Part shown: positions 1-10,394 of the stretch, one piece after another | Layout of the letters: each line of letters opens with the position of its first letter | Position numbering within the stretch: position 1 is the first letter of the stretch | NCBI RefSeq assembly: GCF_018977255.1 | Contig: NW_024704745.1 | Span: 39,432,001-39,496,000, forward strand | Direction: 5' to 3' | Length of the DNA: 64,000 bases | From: Callorhinchus milii | Taxonomy: Eukaryota | Translations under genes and position numbers: made by a program | Notes under the pieces: generated by a model | The model's database searches: none | The model's input: only the letters and a program-made list of their open reading frames with translations | Told to the model about the DNA's origin: nothing

Positions 1-373
1 TACATTTATCTTCAAATATCCTTGTCCCACAATATCCTAGGCACCTTCTTTGAAAGTACACCGGAGTCCCAAGGTTGTGAGTATGGGTGTTAGTTGGCAA
101 TGTATGTGTTTAGTTGATAGATGAACAGGAGTGAACACTGACGAATTAGAAATTGCAATGTCAGTGCTGTGAAAGCGCTGCAAAATTATGGAGCCCCCAA
201 AAAAAACCCTCGCAGGTGACTGCCTGGAAAGTTAAGTTTACGTGCTTCGATTAAAATACTTTAGGTGCCTGGTGCATTTCAGCCAAGATCAAATCATTCA
301 CTGTGGGATTTGGCCTACGCTCTTGCTCTTGGTGTTCAGGAAAGTCAGTGTGGAGTCACAAGAGAGGGTTTCA

Positions 374-381
374 GTGTGTGT

Positions 382-412
<31 letters not shown>

Positions 413-855
413 TGTGGGGTGATTTTTTTTAACAAAATCTGTGCTCTCCAGTAGAACCATATTGATAGAATTTAAAAAAACCCAAAGCTGAGCAAGAGAT
501 TGGCTTTAAAGAGGTCTGTTTTGTTGCACACATTTTTTTTACTCTTGGCACATGTTGAATATTCTCTCTCTCTCTCTCTCTCTTCCACCACCACCTCCTC
601 CTCTCTCTCTGTGTGTGTGTGTGTTTCACTCACTCACTCACTCACTCACACTGTAATGAATTTGAGACCAGGACCAATGAGCAGAGACCGGATGCAATAT
701 ATCCTCTGGGACAACAAATGCTCTATTCGATCCTATGCAGATGACGCCATTTACCCATCGGCTGCCTCCGGAAAACCTCACGGCAGCTCTCAGGCAAATC
801 TGCTGCTCTCTCTCTCTCTCTCTCTCTCTGACACACACACACACACAACACAACA
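374..855. repeat. Microsatellite cluster: (GT)n+poly-G, (CT)n, (CACT)n, (CT)n(CA)n
   Basis: Directly visible simple repeats at ~374-412, 563-650 and 806-860. Confidence 0.9.
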
Positions 856-1490
856 CACAACATCGATCGCAAAACTTCCCGTCTGCTGGAAAGGATCGAA
901 GGGGGTCCCCGGCGGAGCCACAGCGCTGCACAGAGCCACTGAAGGAGCTTTAGTTTGTGAATGAAATTAAAGCCTCGGTTTCCTTCTGAAAAGTTGCAAC
1001 AATTGACAATTTTCTCCCTCCCCCCCCCAACCCCCCACCCACCCCCCCCCACACCCTCTCCCCACTCCCCACTCCCCTCCCAAGAGTAGAGCGAGAGAGA
1101 GAGCGAGAGAGTGTGTGTGAGAGAGGGAAGGAGAGAGGGAGAGAGACTCCGCTCCTCGTGTCTGTATCCGTCGGTTTCATTCAGAAAAAAAAAGGGGGAT
1201 TTTATTTTTTTTTTGCAAAGAATCGTCGCAGTTGTGAGACTGTCTCGGGGGGTCCGGGGGTCGGGGGTCGGGGTGAGCGGCGATCGGACAGGTCTCTCCC
1301 ACCGGATGGTTTTGCGGAGTGAGTGCCCGGGACTGTACTGAACTGAACTGAACTGAACTGGACTGACCTTCGCTGGAGTTTGGATCGACGTGTTTTACTA
1401 TCCGGAGCGTTGGTCTTTGATCCCCGAGAGAGAGAGAGAGAGAGAGAGGGGGGAGAGGGGTCGGTGGAGCAGCGCGACCCACGGTGAGCA
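660..1490 (+). promoter_or_regulatory. spry2: CpG-rich spry2 promoter / first non-coding exon region
   Basis: High CpG density. CCAAT 674-678, ETS-type ACCGGATG 687-694 and 1301-1308, CCGGAAA 768-774, CRE-like TGACGCCA 742-749, Capicua octamers 958-965 (+) and 1176-1183 (-). Candidate donors GTGAGT 1319 and GTGAGC 1484. Confidence 0.65.
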
Positions 1491-1798
1491 ACACCCCCCA
1501 ACCCCCCCCCAACCCCCCACCAACCCCCCAACCCCCCCCCCAACCCCCCAACCCCCCACCCCCCCCCAACCCCCCACCAACCCCCAACCCCCCACCAACC
1601 CCCAACCCCCCCCCCAACCCCCCACCAACCCCCCAACCCCCACCAACCCCCCACCAACCCCCCCCCAACCCCCCACCAACCCCCAACCCCCCCACCAACC
1701 CCCCACCAACCCCCCACCAACCCCCACCAACCCCCAACCCCCCCCAACCCCCCACCAACCCCCCACCAACCCCCAACCCCCCCCCAACCCCCCACCAA
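1491..1798. repeat. C/A-rich low-complexity satellite (CCCCCCAA / CCCCCACCAA units)
   Basis: About 300 bp composed only of C runs separated by A or AA. Confidence 0.95.
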
Positions 1799-2074
1799 CT
1801 CTGAGAAACTCTCTAACCTGCAAACGGGAGAGGAGAGGAGAGGCGATCAAAAACCAGGCACTGCTGCGGATGCTCGGCACACACCGGCTGAGATCTGCAG
1901 AGGGTTTTCTTCGCCCCGAGAGCCCCGATGCCAATCTCGTCGGAAACTTCAGCGCCTCGTCCTCAACACGGACCCGAGTGTCAGGAACCGTGTGAGTTTG
2001 CAGAGCGGCTCTCTCCAAGACTGTAAAACGTTAACATCCCATCAGCTGGGGATGGGTTTGTGCGGAGTCCAGTC

Positions 2075-3330
2075 CCAGCTCCTGCTCCCCATCCCCACCT
2101 CCTGCTCCCCATCCCCACCCCCAGCTCCTGCTCCCCATCCCCACCCCCAGCTCCTGCTCCCCATCCCCACCCCCAGCTCCTGCTCCCCATCCCCACCCCC
2201 AGCTCCTGCTCCCCATCCCCACCCCCAGCTCCTGCTCCCCATCCCCACCCCCAGCTCCTGCTCCCCATCCCCACCCCAGCTCCTGCTCCCCATCCCCACC
2301 CCCAGCTCCTGCTCCCCATCCCCACCCCCAGCTCCTGCTCCCCATCCCCACCCCCAGCTCCTGCTCCCCATCCCCACCCCCAGCTCCTGCTCCCCATCCC
2401 CACCCCCAGCTCCTGCTCCCCATCCCCACCCCCAGCTCCTGCTCCCCATCCCCACCCCCAGCTCCTGCTCCCCATCCCCACCCCCCAGCTCCTGCTCCCC
2501 ATCCCCACCCCAGCTCCTGCTCCCCATCCCCACCCCCAGCTCCTGCTCCCCATCCCCACCCCCAGCTCCTGCTCCCCATCCCCACCCCCAGCTCCTGCTC
2601 CCCATCCCCACCCCCAGCTCCTGCTCCCCATCCCCACCCCCCCCCCCCCCCCAGCTCCTGCTCCCCATCCCCACCCCCAGCTCCTGCTCCCCATCCCCAC
2701 CCCCAGCTCCTGCTCCCCATCCCCACCCCCAGCTCCTGCTCCCCATCCCCACCCCCAGCTCCTGCTCCCCATCCCCACCCCCAGCTCCTGCTCCCCCCCC
2801 CCCCCCCCCCCCTCCCCACCCCAGCTCCTGCTCCCCATCCCCACCCCCAGCTCCTGCTCCCCATCCCCACCCCAGCTCCTGCTCCCCACCCCCAGCTCCT
2901 GCTCCCCATCCCCACCTCCTGCTCCCCATCCTCAGCTCTTGCTCCCCATCCCCAGCTCCCCATCCCCATCCCCAGCTCCCCATCCCCAGCTCCCCATCCC
3001 CAGCTCCCCATCCCCAGCTCCCCACCCCAGCTCCCCCCCATCCCCAGCTCCCCATCCCCAGCTCCCCACCCCAGCTCCCCACCCCCAGCTCCCCACCCCC
3101 AGCTCCTGCTCCCCACCCCAGCTCCTGCTCCCCATCCCCAGCTCCTGCTCCCCATCCCCATCCCCTGCTCCCCATCCCCAGCTCCTGCTCCCCATCCCCA
3201 GCTCCAGCTCCCCACCCCCAGCTCCTGCTCCCCACCCCCAGCTCCTGCTCCCCATCCCCAGCCCCAGCCCCCCATCCCCAGCCCCCCATCCCCTGCTCCC
3301 CACCCCCAGCTCCTGCTCCCCATCCCCAGT
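2075..3330. repeat. Minisatellite, 26-bp unit AGCTCCTGCTCCCCATCCCCACCCCC, decaying into 14- and 20-bp variants
   Basis: Near-perfect 26-bp periodicity over ~2100-2880, then AGCTCCCCATCCCC and AGCTCCTGCTCCCCATCCCC units. Confidence 0.97.
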
Positions 3331-3477
3331 TCCGCGTCATTGGGACTGGATGGTCTCAGGGGCAGGAGAGCCGGGGCGGTGGGGTGGGGGGTGGGGGCTG
3401 TGTTGGGAAGTGGTGGTGGTGGTTGAGGGGTTTTGTTAAGTTTCAAAACATTGCAGTGGCGTTTTTTTCTTTACAAG

Positions 3478-3626
3478 GTTATATTTCAGCCGGGGACAGG
3501 AGGCACACTTGCCACCAGAGCAGGTTTTTAAAGACTTGGCAGATTCTGCTGTTGCAACGAGTTAGTTAATCAGTCAGAGAGGGAGAGGGAGATCACAGGG
3601 CAATAAACAGTTTGTGAAATTAACAA
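3478..3626 (+). other. Candidate internal or alternative non-coding 5'UTR exon of spry2
   Basis: Flanked by ttttttctttacaAG (acceptor 3476-3477) and GTGAGT (donor 3627-3632). The sequence is unique and non-repetitive. Confidence 0.35.
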
Positions 3627-6440
3627 GTGAGTTGCACATTAACATCCACCAAAAAGCACTGCATGTTTTTTTTTGTTGAAAAAACAATCGGGAATTCCCG
3701 ACCGGATCCGATTGGTATCCAGACCAGTCTGCATATTTGTATTTATTTATTTGCATTGATTGATTTGTTAATTTATTGCGTTGCACGAATTCGCAATGGC
3801 GTTTTGATTGAGAGATCAAACGCGATCGCTCTCGTGTTTGGAACGGGTTTCACGTTCAGTTCGCGTGAAAAACGAAGGCAGTGCGAAATAAATCTGGTTT
3901 GGGAAGCAGTTGTGTGAAGTGCGGTGCTGTGGGGATTCTCAGGAGGGAGAGAGGGAGAGAGGGAGGGAGGGAGGGAGTGAGGATCACCCTCTCCTCCCCT
4001 CCTGGTTTGCTGGTAAACTTAGAAAGAGAGAAGAACACTTAAAAAGTTTCTCTTAAAAGTTTCCATGGTGGGGTTTGGGGCTGGCAACTCGCACCCCCTC
4101 CTCCCTCCCCTTCACCGGCTGCATGTTTGCCAAAGGAGTGGGTCTGTGTTAACTTTCCACGTGTTTGGGATATTTATTTGGAAGAGGGGAAGGCAGGGCA
4201 GGTCCTCACTCACTCACTCACTCACACACACACACAGTCACTCACTCACAGTGTTTGAGGTTTGCAGAACTTCCTCCCAGATCAGAAGTGAAGTTGGAGA
4301 TGGGTTGGAGACCAGAGGTGGATCCTGATCCCATCCCCAGCCTCTCCCTCTCTCTCTGCTGGTGACATGTGGAAGTTGTCACGATCCTCTTTCACGGTGT
4401 ATTTAAAAACCTCACCGACAATATACACATTGCACTCAGTTTGCCTTTGACGGCAGATTTGATGAAGAAGACGAGAGAGTTGAGTTTGCTGAGGATGTGT
4501 TGGGGAGAGGAGGGGAGGGGAGGGGAGTGGGGGGTTAGTTTTCCAATGGTCCCCAAGTTAAGTATCAAGTCTTTGGTTGTTCTCCTCTTTTAACACAAGG
4601 AATGATTGAGAAAACCAAGGCTCTGGAATATCTTCTCACCAGAGACACTGAAAATTCACCCCAGTGGCATTTCTGGAGTTGTTTGGGTAATTTGTAATAG
4701 GAAATTCTCTGAAGACCAACGTGATCTGTGTGCAAATTTTACACACTGTGTGCAGTAGGTGGCCAGATATTTCAGTCGTTCATCCCCCTTGTATTTGTGA
4801 GACTCTCATTAACATGATCAACAGCATTGTTTAGTCGTGTATTAGTTCTTTAGGTCATTTGACCGTTGTGTTGCTGTTTTTATTTACTTTTTAAATTTAC
4901 TTTTTTTTCACTATTCTCTCCCTAACGTGTTTTAGTCTCCAGCCCTTTTAGGGTTCAAATCTTACTTTGCTTTTATGCATTAAGTTTTTGAGTGGCGAAA
5001 GAACTCAGCCAGAACTTTTTTTTGGACAAAATCGAACAGTGAATTGTGAACCATTTAACGTACAATATTAGTGTATTGTGCATTGAAACCAAGAAAAACA
5101 CTGGATTTATTGCTGCAAAAGAAGCGGCGAGAGGTGCTGCTTTTGAAAACAATAATATTTACCTCGGAAGGCGTAATTTCCTTTGCATTTGGTCTTTGAT
5201 TCACTTAATGATTAACGGTTAAATGAAACGTTTCTTTTCATTTCCCCCTGAATGCTGCCGTGCTTTTGCCATACTGTTGTCCTTCACCTTGCCGTTGCTA
5301 GTGACTAGGTAGGTAGGAAGGTAGGTAGGTCGGTGTGCATACCTGCAGTAGCCAACAACACCCAAAGGGCAGCAGCGCCTTTCTACAGATGCTACATAGA
5401 CCCACTTCCCACAAAATAACGTAGGGGAGAGGCCTGCAGGGGCATTGCTGAAGTCAGTAGTGAGGCAAAGGGTAGTGGCCAGTGAACATTTGTGAGGTCA
5501 GATCTTAGCATTTCAAGCATTCTGGCTGTTCTGCAGAGAAGATAGTGGGAGATTTGGTGATTTGATTAAATTACTACAGTAGTCACAAAAGCTCACCTGA
5601 AGGAACATAGATGTATCCTATCAATATCAGGAAGTAATTGGATATGACCACCTCGACCACTCTCTGCCCCACTGTAAAATGCATTGTCTTTGCATTAAAG
5701 ACGTCTTCCTCATGTTGAAACTTCTCCAAACTGCAGTTTATACTTTGTTGGAACTATCTATCATGATTCATCTTGTGTTTGTGTGATACTGTCAAGTTGC
5801 TGCTGTTCAGTTATGTTTCTAATTAGCTCTGCTAGAGTACCAAACCCTGCACACGGGGTTTATATGAAGCATGACTAATGATATGGTCAAATTAAATGTT
5901 CCTTTCAGAGTTGAAGGCCAAGCTGCTCTCCTATGGCAGACCTTCAGATTGAGAATACTCCCATTAATATGTTTTCTGTCAGCACCTCTATATCCAATTG
6001 TGGGAATGTTGCTTCGGGACAAATGTACAAGACTTGCAAAGTTTATAGTTTTAATTGTGCCAGGTTATATTTGGGCACATAATATATATCTTTATTGAAC
6101 TGACCAATCAAAACTTTTAGCTTGACATTTGTAGACTTACAGATTGAAAGCCTATTCCGTTTGCCTTTTCTCTGCCTTCAGTCTGATTGTCAAAAATGTA
6201 TAAACAGCTTAGTTCCAGGAAATCAACAGTGCTTGTTCAAGGGAGGGGGGCTGGGGGGCGTGAACGAATCATAAACATTGCTGAAGTTGCTGAAGGCAAA
6301 ATATACAAATGTCAGAACACGTCCAGCCTTATGCGTTTACTTGTATTGCACAAAAGGGTGAAAATTCCTAGCTTATTATTTAAAGATAGCTTGTAAATTA
6401 AGAGGAAACTATAGCATGTTTACTATGTACAACTCAAGCT

Positions 6441-6471
6441 GAATTGTTTTCTTTTTTGTTGTGTTTTACAG
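6441..6471 (+). other. spry2: Splice acceptor of the spry2 coding exon (exon starts 6472)
   Basis: Polypyrimidine tract ttttcttttttgttgtgttttacAG followed by gatttcagatgtgttctaagcct, matching the start of the vertebrate SPRY2 coding exon as recalled. Confidence 0.9.
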
Positions 6472-6479
6472 GATTTCAG

Positions 6480-6581
6480 ATGTGTTCTAAGCCTACTGGA
6501 GTGATCACTCTTCAGTGTACAGATGGATACGCGAACTCAAAATGGCAGCGGTTCTCCAGCCCTGCTACAGTTGCTGCGTGA
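6480..6581 (+). CDS. Overlapping upstream ORF (33 aa, [33 protein letters not shown]), out of frame with spry2
   Basis: ATG at 6480 is 43 nt upstream of the main ATG and is open until TGA at 6579-6581 inside the CDS. Translation is not demonstrated. Confidence 0.55.
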   Translation: MCSKPTGVITLQCTDGYANSKWQRFSSPATVAA

Positions 6582-7500
6582 CAGTGGAAGGCAACACGTG
6601 GAACCTGACCCCAGGGATGTACAGCCACAGCAGGTTCAAGTGTTGTCGCTCGATCAGATCCGAATTATAAGAGCCACTAATGAATACACAGAGGGACCTA
6701 CTGTTGCTCCAAGGCCCGGGAATAAGTCTGTGTACCGACCACTTTCCCAGCACAAAAATGAGAGGATGTCTGGATTAAGTAATGACCAAGAGCACCAGCG
6801 GTTTAACCACCGTAGTCAGCACCACCATCATCATCATCACACGCATTCTTCTTTCAGGCTGCCTTTGACTCGGTCAACTAGCACTGTAAGTGCCGGCTCT
6901 CGGAGTAGCACAAGGACAAGTACAAGCAGTACTGCCTCTGACCAGAGGCTTCTGGGACCTTCATCCTCACCATCCAGCCATCTTTCGGATCGAATAATCA
7001 GGGTACAGCCTAAATCGGAATTTAAATCCGACAAACTGAAACCTCTGGAGAAAGAAGAGTTGGGAAAGCACATCTACCGATGTGAAGACTGTGGAAAGTG
7101 CAAGTGCGAGGAATGCACTTATCCAAGGACTCTACCTTCCTGCTGGCTCTGCGACAAGCGGTGCCTCTGTTCAGCGCAGAATGCAGTGGAATATGGGACC
7201 TGCGTTTGCTTTGTGAAAGGCGTCTTTTACCACTGCTCAAACTATGACGATGAGGACAACTGCACAGATAATCCGTGCTCCTGCAGCCAGTCACACTGCT
7301 GTGCCCGGTGGTCAGCCATGGGCCTCATGTCCCTCATTCTGCCATGCCTGTGGTGTTACCTGCCTGCCAAGGGATGCCTTAAATTGTGCCAGCAGTGCTA
7401 TGATAGGATTAACCGTCCTGGGTGCCAGTGCAAAAATTCAAACACAGTTTGCTGCAAGGTTCCCAGCTTACCTCCTCGGAACCTTGAGAAGCCCTCCTAG
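6523..7500 (+). CDS. spry2: Protein sprouty homolog 2 (RTK/FGF-ERK feedback inhibitor), 325 aa, single coding exon
   Basis: ORF has the N-terminal LSLDQIR..NEYTEGP c-Cbl-binding motif (Tyr55), a serine-rich region ([11 protein letters not shown]), the cysteine-rich SPR domain (CEDCGKCKC...[12 protein letters not shown]...[12 protein letters not shown]) and the Spry2-specific C-terminal PxxPxR (PSLPPR). It is colinear with human SPRY2 as I recall it. Confidence 0.98.
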   Translation: MDTRTQNGSGSPALLQLLRDSGRQHVEPDPRDVQPQQVQVLSLDQIRIIRATNEYTEGPTVAPRPGNKSVYRPLSQHKNERMSGLSNDQEHQRFNHRSQHHHHHHHTHSSFRLPLTRSTSTVSAGSRSSTRTSTSSTASDQRLLGPSSSPSSHLSDRIIRVQPKSEFKSDKLKPLEKEELGKHIYRCEDCGKCKCEECTYPRTLPSCWLCDKRCLCSAQNAVEYGTCVCFVKGVFYHCSNYDDEDNCTDNPCSCSQSHCCARWSAMGLMSLILPCLWCYLPAKGCLKLCQQCYDRINRPGCQCKNSNTVCCKVPSLPPRNLEKPS

Positions 7501-8490
7501 CTGAGGAGAAGGGAATTACTCTTTAAATGCTGTTGCTTGACACTTCTATTCTGTACACTTGTAGTATGAGGAGGAGAAACGCATTTACAATACTAGCACT
7601 GAGTACAATGCAGGATGCCTTTCATCAGACCACCTTAATTGATGTAAATTAATGAATCAACAATCATTAAGATGGTCTTGTGTGTCTTTTTTAAAAAAAA
7701 TCAATTTAAAAAGGTATCTCCCGTTGGGCTTGGTCTTGTCTTCTTGTTGACGAGCATGAGTGCCCCTATCTCTTTTTGTTGTGTATAACATTAGCGCTGC
7801 AGTTATCCAGAGTTGTGGTTTGCAGTGATGTTGCTGTTGATCCTGTTTTCTCCGCCTCTATTAACTGGTATGCAAGAGGATGGAAAACATCTGATCAGGG
7901 AGATCAAAACAGGATACACAATGCCCATTGTTTTTGAAACCGCATAAGCTACAGGTAACTCGTCAACACTCCTGGTCATTCTGTATTGTATGTGAATAGT
8001 TCTTGCAAAGTATGTAAATTAGCAAATTGCTCTTTTTTTGCTGCCAGAGTTAATTTGTTATATTTTTGTATATACAATAATATTAAGACTGTGAAAATGG
8101 TGCCAGATTAATGGCAGATTTACAAAATATCATACTAATATGTTGTACATTCAGACAAATGTGAATCAAGTTGATCAATATGTTTAGGCTATATTTCTCC
8201 TTATAAAATTTACCATTACATGTCTGATACCCCCTGACATCATGTATATTGTACAGTTACCATAAATTCAGTCTTTATTTTCTAATTTTTCAACATATTG
8301 TTTAGTGTAAAGAATATTTATTTGAAGGTTTATTATTTTATAAAATATTTATTTTAAAAGGCATCTTACAAAATTCACCCTTTTTAAAAAAAATTGGAAC
8401 ATCGTAGTTGCTGAAAACAAGGGTGACAAATAGGATGCGTATGTTCACTATAAAATAGAAAATATATTAACGTTTTGAAATCAAACCGTG
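7501..8490 (+). other. spry2: spry2 3'UTR
   Basis: AU-rich and TE-free. Contains miR-21 (7944-7951), miR-27 (8088-8095) and miR-23 (8158-8165) 8mer sites and a Pumilio element (8067-8074). Variant poly(A) signals at 8449-8466 are followed by a GU/U-rich tract at 8488-8516. A canonical AATAAA also occurs at 8563-8568. Confidence 0.75.
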
Positions 8491-8827
8491 TACTACTTTG
8501 TCTTTTCTGTTCTGCTCTTTGCTCCTGTGGTAAAAGAGGAAGATGGTGTCACTTAGTATTTAAATAAATCCTCTGTCCAGGGAGCCATTCGAGCAATGCA
8601 CAGCATAGTCTCTCAGTATCCAAATGTAAGGTCACTTAGGATAACCACATGCAAAAAGGTGTTATAAGTTATTTAATTAATGGATATGTCTTAACACATT
8701 TCCACCTTCATTATATGTTTATTTAGTTACATGTGCAATAATACTACTGGGCCTGAATCATTCATCCAATGTTGGACCACTATGTGTGCATTTAGTTGCC
8801 CTTTAATGACTATCTTGTAGTGAGGAT

Positions 8828-9134
8828 GAGTCCTGTGGCTCAGTGGATAGAGCACTCCCCTTGCAAGCGAGAAACCTGGGTTCGATTCCTTGCAGAGCGA
8901 AACCTTGGGCAAGTTTCCTTACTCTACATGCCTGGTAATAATCCCTCAAGAAAAATAAATAATAATTTGGTCACTTCAATCCATGACTGTTTGTGCGACA
9001 CTGCTGTGCCAATTGGCTGCCGGGTTTTTCCCACCAATATACAGTCAATTCACTTTATGGTACTTTCTGTAAAGCTCTTTGAAACGTCTAGAAGATGTAA
9101 AAAGCGCTATATCAAATGTAAGGATTATTATTAT
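8828..9134 (+). mobile_element. tRNA-Ala-headed SINE (chimaera SINE2-1_CM-like), full length
   Basis: A-box gtggctcagtgg, anticodon-like ttgcaa, B-box ggttcgattcc, L2-type 3' tail ending (TTA)n. Homologous to copies at 13101 and 21891. Confidence 0.9.
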
Positions 9135-9348
9135 GTGAGACTGGGCAATGATACAGTTTAGCATAATACCAGGAATTTGTGGTAATGAAAATTATCTGAC
9201 ACAAACCAAAACGTGAAGCTTAAAATTCACTTTGCACCCACCAGAATAAATAACTTTCCACCTTTCAGATTTAAACTGCTCTCTTGTGAAGGTACAAAGT
9301 GGTGGCAATAGCAGCGAGAAAGCTTACTGAGTGTCAGTAAGACATAAC

Positions 9349-10323
9349 CTGGGCCAACAGAAAAGTGTAGCCGCACTTTCCCATGGAATCTGCTATAAAC
9401 CCCCCTCTGCTACACACCCATTTTAAATGAAGTTTCTGTCCCACGGGCCGCTTGCTGGTTACCTGACGTCACTGCGGGTGGAGCAGTTCCGGACGCGCAT
9501 GTGGGGTGTGGTGCAAGCGGCAAATGAACTTCACTCGGAGGCCCCGCTTTGTGATTGTCTGTGTCTCTATGTGTTTGTGAGTGCATGTGGTGTCTCCGTG
9601 TTTATGAATGTGTGTATGTGTCTCTGTGTCTCCATGTGTTTGTGAGTGTCTGTGTGTGTCTCTCTATGTGTTGGTGAGTGTCTGTGTCTCTATGTCTCTG
9701 TAAGTGCCTCTATGTGAATGTCTGGGTGTGCCTCTGTCTATGTCTTTTGTGAGTATTTGTGAGTATATTTCTCTCGATGTGTGTGTGTGTCTATCTCTAT
9801 GTGTTTGTGAGTGTGTCTCTCCTGTTTGTGTGTCTGTTTATGCGTGTCTCTGTGAATGTGTATGTATGTTTCTCCTCTGTCTCTGTGTGTGTATATCCCT
9901 TGTGTCTATGAGTGTGTGTGTGTCTATCTCTGAGAATGTGTCTCTCTTTCTATCTGTATCTCTCTCTGGGTCTGTGCGGTGCTGGCCCTGAGAGGCAGGA
10001 TGTGGTGAGCTCCTGTAGCCTCACTGGTCTCTCTCCCACTCCCCCCCCCCCCCCCCCACCCCCTCCAAAAAAAAGGGCCACCCAGTTTATGTTAAAGAGG
10101 TTATTAATATTTTTTTGCAACAATCTAATATGTGGTATTTCCTTATGTTTAGTTTTGATCAATAAAGTGAAAAAATGTAGATTGGCAGTAAAATGTACCT
10201 CAATAGCGCTAAACAACTCCCCACAATTTTCTGCAAAACATGCCAAGCCCCCGGAATTCCCCGCAAATTTGTAAATCTTCCCGCAATTCGGGGCAAACAT
10301 TTCCGCACTTTCTATTGGCCCAG
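9349..10323. mobile_element. Non-autonomous hAT-type DNA transposon, 975 bp, with internal (TG/TC)-rich satellite
   Basis: TIRs ctgggccaacagaaaagtg and cactttctattggcccag. Perfect 8-bp TSD GACATAAC at 9341-9348 and 10324-10331. Confidence 0.88.
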
Positions 10324-10394
10324 GACATAACCACCAAATCTAGTTCTGACATCATCTGGCATCCATGCACACACTTCCAGTAGACCCATTGGAT

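Noticed and set aside
2075-2880. 26-bp repeat array as a CRISPR array
   Set aside because: Head-to-tail tandem units with no unique spacers, no cas genes, and a vertebrate context.
1177-3569. Long ORFs (200-525 aa) in many frames on both strands
   Set aside because: Artefacts of stop-free C-rich satellites. The translations are Pro/Gly/Trp repeats with no domain.
6565-7504. Antisense and alternate-frame ORFs within spry2
   Set aside because: Shadow ORFs of the coding sequence with no recognisable homology.
9427-9991. Cys/Val-rich ORFs
   Set aside because: Translations of a (TG/TC) degenerate microsatellite inside the hAT element.
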